From the NCBI RefSeq assembly GCF_009834535.1, contig NC_045696.1, positions 94,676,001-94,740,000 of the forward strand: a stretch of 64,000 nt of DNA. Direction: 5' to 3'. Both the position numbers and the translations under genes were made by a program. Positions 39,061 through 51,089 of the stretch are shown piece after piece (within the stretch, counting starts at the first letter, position 1; each line of letters opens with the position of its first letter). The notes under the pieces are model-generated. The model saw nothing but the letters and a program-made list of their open reading frames with translations, was not told the origin of the DNA and did no database searches. Source of the DNA: Camelus ferus. Its lineage: Eukaryota.

Positions 39061-40139
39061 TATTCAAGTTCAAGTGTGCCAAGGAAAGGAAGGGAGCTGA
39101 GAGACGGAAAGAGGGCAGTGAGAGCAAATGGAAGGTAGTGATCACTGAAAGCTACAAGGAACCAAGAGGTGAAAGAAAATTTCAGGAAAATCCCTGTTCA
39201 GTCTGGCCTGTCTTGGCTCGAAGCACCATTTGAATGATGCTCTCTTTAAATCAGTAAAAGTCCACAGCCCTAAAGTGGTCATCAATTCCATTATGATGTG
39301 TAAGTGTGAATGCCAACTTTAAATTGTATGTCAGAATAATGTCTGCACTGTCCAGACCATGCTGAGGGCCATGACTACATCCCCTGAGCCTCAAAAAAGA
39401 GGGTAGCTTTTAATTCTCTGTAGGTAACCCAACCCCATGGATCTGGTCTTTGTAATTCTATGACCATTGACAAAATGGCTTCATTCATTGGACCAAGCCT
39501 TGGAAGTACTGTCCCTCTTGGCTCTGGAGGAGTAAGAGATTGGTGAGATTGTGGGGCATGCCCTCTAGCTAGGAAACCCCATGTTGCTCCCTGCCATGCC
39601 TGGGGATGGTGAGAGGAAAACTTGCTTGCCTAAAAGTATGTTTGTGTGTTCCTTGTTTTTGGACACAACCTGTAGGTAAAGAGCCTTATACAGATCTACA
39701 GCTTTGTTGACTCTTGGCCATGAATAAAATAGAAATTTGGTGGCCAGTATAGATGAGAAAACTGAAACCAAGTAGCTGTTTCATGACAAACTTCAGGGGG
39801 AAAAGCAAAGGCTTCTGACCGTGGTGGTTTCCAAGGCTGGGCATGCCCAGTGCTTTGCAGTTTGGAGGATGTATAAGGATTTGACTTCAGCGCTCCACTA
39901 ACCTTGCTTCTGGTCCAGAACAGGTATACAAGCAGTTTTCAATATTCTCATCCTTGGGGGCAGGAATGGGACTATTCCTACCCAACCTACAGAGACTGAG
40001 AGTAAGGGAGGAAATCAAAGTGCTCTTATCCAAGGACGAGGGAATGGGTGCTAAGTACATACAGCAGGACACTACAGATGTTAACCAATTTCCTCCAACA
40101 CAGTTTTGAATTTAAAAGAGAGCACAGATGTTGTGACCA

Positions 40140-40450
40140 GTGTTCAAAGCTTGTTAAGCTGTCTGACCCTTGGTGAATTATTTAGCCTCTGTGTACCACA
40201 GTTTTCTCGTATGTTACATAAGGATTATATGAGCAACCTCTTCATAGGTTGATTGAGAGGACTGTATAAATTAATACATATAACAGTGCCTATCTCATCC
40301 TAAACTATCAGTAAGTGAGGAAACTGGGGCTCTGAGAGGTGAAATGATTTAGAGGCTAAATTCCACCTAAATCTCAAGGTCATAAGACTAGCAAGTGATA
40401 CTGTTGGGATTTGCATACTAGTTAAATGATGTCAACTCTAGGACTGCTTT
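40140..40450. mobile_element. Two MIR fragments in opposite orientation
   Basis: + 'ctgacccttggtgaattatttagcctctgtg'; - 'gaggaaactggggctctgagaggtgaaatgattt'. Confidence 0.65.
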
Positions 40451-40589
40451 TCAACAATAGAATACTGTAAGAGTATTTAAATACACGGAGAGAGACAGGA
40501 GAGGAGAGAGGCCCATTGAATTTGTACAAAATCATAATGTATCACATAATTATGTGTGAATATTTTTCTCTAGGATCATGACCTTTTAG

Positions 40590-40760
40590 GGGAAAGGAAC
40601 TCTAGCCTTCTATTTCACTTTACTGGAACCAGGCACATAAAGTGCCCGCCCATGTGTATAGATGTTACAGAATAAAAGGATGGAAGGATGACGGAGTGAG
40701 TGAATGAGTGAGTGAGCGAGTGAGTGAATGAATGAGTGAGCGAGCGTGTGAATGAACATG
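40590..40760 (+). mobile_element. L2 3' end with (GAGT/GAAT)n tail
   Basis: 'accaggcacataaagtgccc...gagtgagtgaatgagtgagtgagcgagtgagtgaatgaatg'. Confidence 0.6.
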
Positions 40761-42698
40761 CATGGTTAGCGATGAAAGAAATACTCTAGGTCTCATACAT
40801 GAAAGCAAATAGTTTGGAGGGGTTGGTGCAGTAACAAACCCCAAACCATGTCACCTCGATGCTAGTAGGAAAGCACTTGATCCAGCCACGTCTACCATCA
40901 ACACAGCCTCAAGAGGTGTTCTAAGAGCACTTCGTCTTAGAAAACGATATTGAAGGCAACTAAAATGATCAGCTGTCTTATAACACTGGAATTCAGTGCT
41001 CCTTCGGCCTAGTGCCCCACATGGTTTTAAAGGGCCAGATTTCTTTTTCTCCGTTAAGATTTTCCTTTTTATCTGGAATTTTCAGTTGGGGGCAGTAGGG
41101 GTGGGGGATGAACAATTGTGAAAGCTACCCTTGAGCAATCATCTCACTTTTGTGTCCAATTTTTTAACTCCCTGATCACTCAGATCTCTGTCTCTGCCCA
41201 TTAAAAAAATAATGGCTTTTATGACCCAACCTCTTCACCCCTCCCCCTAAGTGAAACCATTTCTTATTGTTCCATGGCTGGCTACTTGATGGGTTAGTCA
41301 CTAGCAGCACATACAGACTGGAACTCTATGTAAACAAACAGTCTAAAAATAGAAGTCTGCATGGACCCTACAGAATTCCCATCCATCCTCTTAATTCAAT
41401 TTCTGTCGAAATTATACCCTATCCTAAGCAGCATTTCAATACAAAGAGATGGTATTGAGTCCTGTAGCATCCTATTTACTATGCAGGTTACTTTGCCATG
41501 ATTTGTAGATCTGCTTGATTTCTTCTAATTTTGGGTTTCCAAATTAATTTAATTAGTTCTCCCCATAAAATCATAACAACTGAATTTCTGCAGCAATCTG
41601 CCTCAGAGACACAAAGTAAATTTCCCCTCCCTTCTCTCCTTCTGTCCCAGCTCCTCTGAGGCTTAATTTTTGCCCTCTTCTTCAGCATTTAACACTTGAG
41701 AAAGGCAGATTTTAAATTATTATCAGGACCTTTGTTTTCACTCCCATATTTAAATAGTTTAGTCTATAGGTTACATTTGCAAGATTCATGGTAACGAGTA
41801 TATATGAGTGAACTTCTTTTTGAGTGACTTTTTTAATGCTAAATTTTAAAAGCTGGGTCAAAATGTAGTGCCAACTGTTTGGAGTGCCAGCTACTAATTA
41901 TAGGTTCAACTCTGGCATGGAGCTATTGATGACCTTAGGATTTCCTCTGCTTTATAATAATTCCATAGTTCCATCTGCTTTTCCCATTGTGAACTACCGT
42001 TTAGGAAGCTGCATGAATTAGTTTGATAGTAAGAACTCAGAATAAGGAGGTGGAAGACATAACTTTAATTTCTGGTTTTATTGTTGACTCATGGTTTGGC
42101 TTAAGGCAACCAGGCCACCACTATCATAAGGAGAGGACTGGACACTTACAGAGTGTGAATGTTTGGGCACAAGTATCATATGTAATTTATGGCACAAGTG
42201 CCGTAGTGCCTGGTGTTCTGTTACTGAAGGTCAGTTCATTTGTGTTAAACCTTTGTCTTTTAAAAAGCAAAGGGAAATAATGAGTTAAGACCCTAATAAC
42301 GTGCTACGACTTCATACGCAACATACTGCATTACTGGGCTCTTAGCCTTACGACAGCAATGTGTTTACATCCATGTGTATAGGAGGGTTATGGTTAGACA
42401 TATGAGTGAGTTGGCGGGAGGATGAGAGGACAAAGGAACAGGAAGGGTTGTTTGTTTTTTTTTTTTTGGAACAGTGAGGACAAATTGCTCTTTTTCAGTT
42501 TCATAAAACTATAAAACAGGAGAAAAGCTCCGACTCTTTACAATTATTTGAAGATTTGTCAGCTAATGGTTGATAATGTGCCCAGAAAAGAACTTGAGAC
42601 AAATAAAAGGTATCAGTCATCTAACTGAGAATTTCTGACACCCTCAGTGACATGCTACCCTTGACCTTTAATACCTGATAATGAATAGAGCTGTTAGG

Positions 42699-42700
<2 letters not shown>

Positions 42701-42741
<41 letters not shown>

Positions 42742-42750
42742 CACACACAC
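42701..42750. repeat. (CA)n microsatellite
   Basis: Seen directly. Confidence 0.95.
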
Positions 42751-44679
42751 CACTTAATGCTGCTATATAATACCTTTCATATTGAGCCATCTAAGCTACC
42801 AGGTAATCATGGTAGTTAAAATAACATTTTTTTTTAAACCAGATGTTGTTTCTCCTCTTTAGATTTGTATTTTTGACAAAGTGCTATTCTATTTTTCAGT
42901 CCTTCTGATATGACTTGTAGAAGAAGGTAATGACAGGTTGCAACTTTAAATCCCCTTCGCTTTCTTTCCTTTGAATAATCCTGTTTGACAGGCTTCCCTC
43001 CGCCCCTTTTTCTTGTCATTAAGAATAGCTTCGGTTTGGTCTGAGTACAAAGTAGATTAACTGTATAGCTCTAGGAACACTACTACCGTGTTCCAAGAGG
43101 TAACGAAGGGAATTTCAAAAACGAAATCTGTCTTTATCAGGAAGAAGTAGATTTAACAACACCTTGAACTGCAAGGTAATAGTCACCTATTTATATTGCA
43201 CTAGTGGAATAGTACATTTTATGACTGCATTTATAGTTTAAAATACAGCAAGATACTGACCAAATCTTTTGGTTAGAATCTCGGAGGTCTTCCCAGAAAT
43301 TATATTTTGCCTTATCTTTTAAGAAGCTATAAGAGTACTAAAGACCATCTTTAAAAGTTGCCATTTTAAATGAAGCATTTACTTTGGAATTGATACCTAT
43401 TTAAAAACTTGACACAATTATGGTGCGTTTATTCTCAACAGATATCGAAGAAGACCATTTCTCCTTAGAAAGATATATATTTTCCCATTTCAAAAGGAAA
43501 TTTTAAAAAATGATTTTGAGATGAATTAGTTGATTACAACAGAGGCATTTAACTATTTCCTCCAAAAAGCACCAGTCAAGTTCATCCAGCATTTCAGGGA
43601 GTTAGGAAGAGGTTTATGTATTATTCTTGGTGGGAAAAAAAAATTAAAAAACACTATCATGACAACTAGAGGTTAAGTAACCTGCCATGTTCACTGAGTC
43701 AAGCAGTGGGATTAAGGATAAAATTGTAGGTTTCTTGCCTTCCAGATGGTGGTGGAGTGAGATGAGACCTACCCTGCCCCATGCCCCATTTTCAGAGGGC
43801 AGCAAAGGCTTGCAGGCTTGTCTGCATCCAAGAATGACAAGGAGTTTCTGAATTAAACAGTAAGGCTACTTGTGGGAAGATAGCCTGGGACTTACTTCTT
43901 GGACAGGCGATGCCACTACAGCTTCTATTGCCTCTGCAGTGCTGTCTGAAAAGCTTTCGTGGCTGAGTGGCAGGTGGAGAAATAAGAGACCTTTTGGCTG
44001 CCCTCCCTCTTCCTTGAAATCCTACCAGCCTCCTTTCCTTTTAGGGTAGTGATGGTCTAGGGTGCACCAGAGTTTATGGCCAAGGCGCAGAAAGAATCAA
44101 TTCCCCCTGGGCAGCCCTGGAGGGGTGGGGAAGGGAGTGGGCTTTATTTCCAGCACAGTGATCCTTGGGTAGGGATAGCCCCTGGCCCTGTATACTCAGT
44201 GAGTCAGGGATGGCCACTAGGTCACTATCTCACTGAAACTTGTGGTAATAGACCACCTGGGGCAAGTAGTTGTTCTACAAGAGAAAGAGAATAGAGGAAG
44301 AGGAGGGAAGAAACTGCTGAAAGGGAAGAAGCCTGTTTCTTGCAGAGGGAAGGTAATCCCATTTTTCCCACCATAGAAACCAAACATCTAAATAGAAATG
44401 CAACAACTAAATTCCACCTGACCACACCTGGTCTCCACAGATTGCACAGGTGATTCAGGAGATATGAGGTATTTCTCGGAGGTTTGTTGGAAAATACAAT
44501 TTGGTTATGCAACTTTCATTCAGTAGCTTCATGTTACTCGTGTTGTAATACACTGTCTACTGGAGGAAGCCATCTGGGGAAAGCTTAAAGCCTTTAAGGT
44601 GATTTATAAAGTCCACCCCACTCCCTCTTTAGGTATTTCTCTAATCAACTCTCCCACCCCTCACCTCTTGCACCCTCAG

Positions 44680-45040
44680 ACACACTCTACACTCCAAAGT
44701 ATTTGCAGTTTCCCAAACCCACCAGCCCCACCTTACTTACACCCCTTTCTTTCTGGGGTTATCTTCCCTAATCTCTCCTTATCTGCCTGCAAATATCAAT
44801 CTGTTTATCTTTCAAGATGAAACTCAAGCTTCACCTCCTGTGTAAAGCCTAAACTGGCCATCCCACCCCAATAAAACTGACCATTTTACACCCCCATAGA
44901 GATTGCTTGATTATACCTAATTGTTTACAAGTCACTCTTCCTTGGCTACACTATGAGCCTCTGGAGTGGAGTCTGTGTCTTACCTTGCAGTCTCTTGAAA
45001 CACAGTGTCCCAGCACTTAAATATGTTTGTTGAATTAATA
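44680..45040 (+). mobile_element. L2 3' end
   Basis: 'tctttcaagatgaaactcaagcttcacctcctgtgtaaagcct...cacttaaatatgtttgttgaattaat'. Confidence 0.7.
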
Positions 45041-45289
45041 ATGACTTGTGTTCTCTGTTCTATCTATCCCCCTGGACAGAACAATCCATAGTTGCAGTTT
45101 TTTAAGCAGTGGGGGATTTGGGAGAATGGGATGGAAGGATTCTGAAAACTCAAAGTCCAACTCTAGTGTCATGGGGGAACACATTCTCTCTGTGAGAAAA
45201 TTCAGTGAAAAATTTCTCTCTGCTGATTATGATGAACTACATTTAAGCCAAGTTCTGGCTGTGCTAAATACTGTTTGGAAGGAATTCAT

Positions 45290-45338
45290 TCTCTCTCTTT
45301 CTCTCTCTCTCTCTCTTTTTTTTTTTTTTTTTTTTTTG
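45290..45338. repeat. (CT)n plus poly(T)
   Basis: Seen directly. Confidence 0.9.
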
Positions 45339-45349
45339 ACTATTTCCAT

Positions 45350-45507
45350 CCACAGATAAGTATAACCCAGGGAATTTTAAAAACAATGCTGTTGCCTTGG
45401 TCCTGTCCCAGATAGTCTGGTAAAACTGGCCTAGAGCAGGGACTGGCTTTGGGATATTTCAGCTCACCAGGTGATTCTAATGTGCAACCAGAGTTGCAAT
45501 CCACTGC
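45350..45507. mobile_element. MER5-like hAT MITE
   Basis: 'ctcaccaggtgattctaatgtgcaaccagagttgcaatccactg'. Confidence 0.65.
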
Positions 45508-45584
45508 TTTAAGAGAATTTATCCAGAACTAGGGTTTACATAGCCTCTGTATAGTGAGAGCTGCCAACTTTATAGGTCCAATTT

Positions 45585-45925
45585 AAACCGAATGGGCATC
45601 TCCAGCTTCACATGTCCAAAAGCTACAAGCCCCCAAGTGCCAAAGTAAATGGCAACTCCATTCTCCGAGTGGCTCACACCAAAAATGCAGCTGAGCAGAT
45701 GGAGTAAACTGAATGGTGGGATAGGGGAGAAGCCAGATCAAGTGGGTTAAGAAGTGAGAGGGAAATAAAGAAGGAGACTTTGGCTGTAAAAGGGGAACAA
45801 AACCACACACACCTGGAGCTCGCTATTAGTGGAATTACATTTCAGGGCCTTGTTTATAGTTTGTTTTATAAATTTGAAGGAAGACTGACCTTATTTAACA
45901 GCTGATGAGAAAAACCCAGTAAAGT
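45585..45925. mobile_element. L2 fragments (+ at ~45585-45690, - at ~45700-45925)
   Basis: + 'ggcatctccagcttcacatgtccaaaa...gtaaatggcaactccatt'; - 'gtgggttaagaagtgagaggg...ttggctgtaaaagggg...gctgatgagaaaaacccagta'. Confidence 0.55.
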
Positions 45926-46059
45926 CCATTGAGCAAACTGCCCACTTTCTCTTGTCTTGGTTAGGCTACGTTTCTCAAGAGCCCACAAGTGATACAGCTG
46001 ATGAGACAACATAGATGAACTGGAGAGAGAGTTCTTACTATCTTGTACTTACAGAATCT

Positions 46060-46400
46060 GTACTGACAGGCCCTCTTCTTGATGGACTTGGAAAACGGCC
46101 AAGGCATGATGAGAGCTGGGAGTTGGGCGGTGGGGTCTGCGGGTGACTCTGGCCTGGGTGCTCCGGCTCTAGCTCAGCTCCAGCTGGGCACCAGCTCCAA
46201 GCCCCGGGCGGCGCCTAAGCCCAGGGGGACCCCTCGAGGCCGGCTCAGCCCGCGCCCCTCAGGGACACACCAATACCCGCGCAAGCGCACTGGGCCTGGC
46301 GGGTCAGGAGGCGGAGTCCGCCTCCCCTCCAGGGCTTCTGAGGGGGTCGTGATCCTCACAGACAGAGGGTGCAAGAGAGCGTGCAGGGAGGTGGCAGGGC
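46060..46400 (-). pseudogene. ATG2B: Orphan ATG2B 5' fragment (GC-rich leader plus codons 1-16)
   Basis: Minus-strand ATG at 46107 reads MPWPFSKSIKKRACQY versus ATG2B N-terminus MPWPFSESIKKRACRY (14/16; both differences are G>A changes compatible with CpG decay). Preceded by ~300 bp of GC/CpG-rich sequence; similarity stops after codon 16. Confidence 0.85.
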
Positions 46401-46422
46401 ATATTGTAGGTGGTATTTCTTT

Positions 46423-47063
46423 CTTGCTTGCTTTTCCTCTTTTTTATTAACTATAGTTGATTTACAATGTTGTGTTAGTTTCTTATGCACAGCGTGGTGA
46501 TTCAGTTATACATATGTATTTCATATTCTTTTCCACTGTAGGTTATAAGATATTGAATATAGTTCCCTGGGCTATACAGCAGAACTTTGTTTAGCTACTC
46601 TGTATATAGCAGTTTGTATTTGCTAATCCCAAACTCCTAATTTTTCCCTCCCCCATGCCTTTCCCCTTTGGTAACTATAAATTTGTTTTCTATTTCTGTG
46701 AGTCTCTTTCTGTTTTGCAAATAAGTTCATTTGTATATGACTTTTTTCAATTTCACATATAAGTGATATCATATGATATTTGTCTTTCTCTGTCTGACTT
46801 CACTTAGTCTGACAATCTCTAGGTCCATCCATGTTATGTCAAATGGCATTATTTCATTCTTTTTTATGGTTGAGTAGTATTCCATCGTGTGTGTGTGTGT
46901 GCGCGCGCACACACGCGCGCGCACACACACACATCTTCTTTACCCAGTTATCTGTCATCTGTCAATGGACATTTACATTGCTTCCATCTCTTGGCTATTG
47001 TAAATAGTGCTGCTATGAACACTAGGGTTCAGGTATCTTTTCAAATTAGTTTTCTCTGGATAC
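46423..47063 (-). mobile_element. 5'-truncated artiodactyl-type L1 (ORF2 C-terminus plus 3' UTR)
   Basis: Perfect 15-bp TSD AGGTGGTATTTCTTT at 46408-46422 and 47064-47078; minus strand encodes the FIAALFTIAKRWKQ motif; T-rich tail on the left. Confidence 0.95.
46886..46934. repeat. (GT)/(GC)/(AC) alternating purine-pyrimidine tract
   Basis: cgtgtgtgtgtgtgtgcgcgcgcacacacgcgcgcgcacacacacacat. Confidence 0.95.
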
Positions 47064-47089
47064 AGGTGGTATTTCTTTTTCCACATTAC

Positions 47090-47900
47090 AGGTCTCTACT
47101 GAAGCACTAAATCCCTGCTAGAGCTACAAGGATATTAGTAATAAATAAATCCCAGTTCCTGTTTTAAAAAAGCTTGCGAACTTCTAATGAGGCCAAGAAA
47201 AAAAATACACACATAATAAAAGAAGGTGAGTAGCATAAGGTTTATGTAAAGATCTAAAAGTATTCAAAGAAGGAGACTTTTCTCATGTGTGGGAGGTCAC
47301 TGGGGATAAGATTCAGGAAAGACTTCAAGGAGGGGGTGATGTTTGAGATTCATCCTGAAGAACTAGCATCTCCAGGCAGTAGGATTGGGGAGAAGATTCC
47401 AGGTGGGAAAACTCCACTAGAGCCCAGAACTGTGACAGGGCTGGGAATGGTTGCAAACTAGCACCAGAGGCTCCTGGAAATTTACGCGATGTATGTCCTA
47501 GTGGTCAGCAACAAATCTAGACAGGCAGGCTGGATGTGGGAGTTAGGCATGCCTGAGTTTGGACACTGGCACCACCATTGGGTAAATATCCAATCTAGGG
47601 GGAGTTATTTAACTTCCCCCAGCCTCAGTTTTCTCACCACTAAAATTAAATTAATCATACATTTCCCAAGATTGTCTTGAGGTATCTGTTCTATCATAGT
47701 TGTCTCATACATGGTAAATGTTATTATTCTGCAGAAGTCTTGAATACGAGGGTGGGGGGTATATGGAAGGATTCTAGCTTGTGGAAGAAGGTTTGCACAA
47801 GGTAACTACAGTTGGAATAATCTGTCGGCAACATACAGGCTGGAGGGAAGGGGGAGAGAAAGAAGGAGGGAGACAAGTTAGGAGGCTATTTTGTAGTCAG
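47090..47900 (-). mobile_element. L2 fragment interrupted by a MIR (~47550-47730, +)
   Basis: 'caggaaagacttcaaggagggggtgatgtttgag'; 'gggagacaagttaggaggctatt'; MIR 'agttatttaacttccccagcctcagttttctcacc'. Confidence 0.7.
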
Positions 47901-48339
47901 CTAGGAGATCGATAACTAATCCTCAGGGTGATGCTACTTCATGGTCAATCAATAAATTCAAAGTTTTGTTTTTGAGTTTTCAGAATATACAGATCTTTTT
48001 AAATTTTCTTCCCTTTCCCTCCTGCTGTTTTGCCATTGGATTGTTCTACCAGCGGGCAGAAGGAAAATCAGAGAAACTTCAATCAGCCAGTGTCACTGTA
48101 AACAAAAGAGGAGCTTAAATATCTGTGGTTACTATGTGGCTGTGAGCAGCTTAGAAAGATTTGCTTACAGCAGGCTGAAATTAACCACTTGAATTTAATG
48201 TTTTAGGTAGAATATATGTGCCAGTAATTCTTCACTTCCCTTTGTTCCAGTGATACAGCTGAGTCACTATGAAGTGCTAAGAACTTCTATATAAATAGTT
48301 TTCTATCAGTTAATTAAAAAAGGCAGTAGGGCAGGGCTC

Positions 48340-48520
48340 TTTCCACACAGAACCTTGGACAAGTCATTTGACAATCCTGAACTGCAGATCACAGATCTGT
48401 AATTCAGGGGAGGTAATTTATTTTCCGCCTCATTCTTAAGGTTGTTGTGAGCATCAAATGAGGTAACTGATATAAAAATGCATATGTTTTATAAGCCACA
48501 AATATGAAAGATTATTATTT
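48340..48520 (+). mobile_element. MIR fragment
   Basis: 'accttggacaagtcatttga...ggttgttgtgagcatcaaatgaggtaa'. Confidence 0.65.
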
Positions 48521-50359
48521 CAACAAACCTACATCCACATGAATAAGGCACAATTATTATGAACTCTATTAGAAATTTTCCCACTTCGTTTTCTTCCTTG
48601 CCCTCTGAAGATCTGCTTGATTTGTTTGTTTTGTTTTGTTTTGTTTTGTATTGTCTTTTTAGTTGGCGAGCACTTTACTTTCATGTGTTGACCGCAGTTA
48701 ACCTCTCATTTTAGGTGAGATTTCCAAAATACAAGTTGCAACTAAGTAGCCATTTTGTCATTCTGAAATTGTATTGTTTGACCTCCCCCGTGTTTTGGGA
48801 TAAGCATAGGAGGTTTGGGTTTCAGACTTAAATTATTTCACTGAGGGCACTTTTGGAGGAGGAAAAGTTATTTTTCACTCACTTAATGAAACAACTTCTT
48901 GTACAGCAAACTCTGTCTCATTAAGGGCTGTGCTGCAGACTCCAGCGATGATTTAAGAGACTGAGTCAGCATCTTTATCTTGTGATGCATTGAAAGATGT
49001 TAGTTCCCCTGGAGAGACAGAAAGGAAATTGAAAATAAAATCTGACTTCTTTTTTTTTTGGTTAATTTTCAATAAAATGAAGCAGTTACTTCTGAAATAT
49101 GGACACACAGATGAGAAAAGTGTGTAATTGCTTAATAAGAAGGGGACTTGCATAATTAAACTGAAATTCAGTGCATTTTAAGGAGAGGGAAAGCATTCTA
49201 GCTAAGTTTCTGGCAGATAATAATGGAGGAAAAAAACTGAAAACATTTGAGGCTCTGAAGTCACACTTCTGTTGATACATATGGCGTTAATGGATTTTGA
49301 GCTCCTCGGCCTCCTGGTAAGCAGATGGTTTTATACTTGTGCTTAAACTAGAGGTTAGATGGCTTGGTGGAAAAAGGCAATGACCCTTCATCGCAAGTTT
49401 GGTTTTGGACCTAATGATTTGTGGATTTAGCTCTGTCAAAGGATGAAGATGACAAACTTTTCAAACACATACTGTCACACTTAATACCCTTTAAGATACT
49501 CAAACATTGACTGGGCCTGGTAAATAAATCATACTTGATCTTCAGAGAGATTTTTTTTTTCCCTAGTTGAAGCCAAGTTTTATGTTACCTCTTTTATTCT
49601 GGGCAAAAAGTTAAATCAGAGAATCCGTATTTCTCATGGATTGTCTGTTTAAGTATACAAAGTATAAACAACAGTAGCACCCTAAAAATACACACTGATT
49701 TCTGCTAGGTTAACTAGAAAGGACTACTGCTGTAAATAACACTGCTGCTGTGGAACCACAGCACTAAGCCTTCCCATCCACATTCTAATCGAAAAATACT
49801 GGTTCCATTCCAAATCCTAACTAACTTAATTTAAAACCGTTTGTTTTATGGTGATTGCATATTTTTTCAGTTAACTAACCATTGTGCCATCAGCTCATAG
49901 AATTTATGAATGGAGACAGCACTTCTAATTGATAAGCATGGCATGCTTATAAATGAAGTTAAAACAACAGTGACACTTTGGGAAACAAATATAGCCACTT
50001 GACTGCTTCCCAGACATAGCTTGTTTAGAAAAGAGCCAAGAAAACTGCAGATCTCTGTTTTCAGGATTCATGGCTGGAAACTGAAATGTACATGAAAGTC
50101 AAGGAGGAGTTGATGCATTTCCTTTTGGTCAGACAGAGGTGCTAGGAGCAAGCAGAGGGAAGGGCGTGGGCCAGAGCCTGGAGAATCACATCAATAAACA
50201 CATTCTCACCTGGGCTCCCCGGGTCCCAGGATGCCAAGACTCTTCCAACACCAAACACAAGTGTTGCCAGATAATTCCACAAGAAGAAGGAACTTTCACC
50301 TTCTTTACAGTTTGGTGTTTACAAACACTCTGGAGAGAATGTACATACGTAGATAACAT

Positions 50360-50640
50360 ACTAATCAAATGAGTGATGTTATTTGGATCAAGAGATGATT
50401 GGATGGAAAACTGTCCATGATATATTAAGAGGAAAAAATCAGGTTATGAAACAGTGTGTGTAGTACAATTCATTTTTCTGTGTTTGTGTAAGAAATAATT
50501 CTATAAACGTACAATAGAATGACTGCAATAAGACATGGTAAACAAACAAGCAACAAAGTAGAGGGAATACAGATTTTCATTCTCTTCTGACTTATCTATT
50601 TTCACATAATAATGTTACTTTTAGAATAAGAAAAAATTTC
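50360..50640 (+). mobile_element. L1ME-type 3' end
   Basis: 'tggaaaactgtccatgatatattaagagga...aatgttacttttagaataag'. Confidence 0.55.
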
Positions 50641-51089
50641 TTTAAAAAAGACTTCAGGGAAGAAAACATTCAAGTTATGAAAACATGGGGCAATAACTAT
50701 TACTTAGACTAATAAATCTCTATAGACTTAAGGGAATAGAAAGCAATTAAAATATAGACATAAAGAACACTATTCCTATTTCTTTTCACACCCTGGAACA
50801 ATATATATTTGAGAAGTGAAATATTTAGCTAGGTCAGGCTGTGTACATTCGTGGAATCCTTTATCTATCATGATGTCTGTTAAGAAGAGTTAGTAACTGA
50901 AGAGTAAAGCATTAAAAAAAATCTGGTTCATACAGATACCATACTGCATGAAAATAACTTAGCTTTAAAAAATAAAAACTGGTCCTTGTTTCTCTAAAAT
51001 AATTCAAGATTTGAATTAAGAAATACTGATATTAATATGCTGAGACCAGAGACCACAGAACCTTAAGGATAAAAGAAAATTGTAATATA

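Noticed and set aside
46060..46400. The functional ATG2B gene
   Set aside because: Coding similarity ends at codon 16 with no sensible splice donor, substitutions look like CpG decay, and no downstream ATG2B exons were recognised.
46079..46450. 123-aa + strand ORF and 66-aa - strand ORF
   Set aside because: By-products of high GC in the ATG2B-derived leader; low-complexity peptides.
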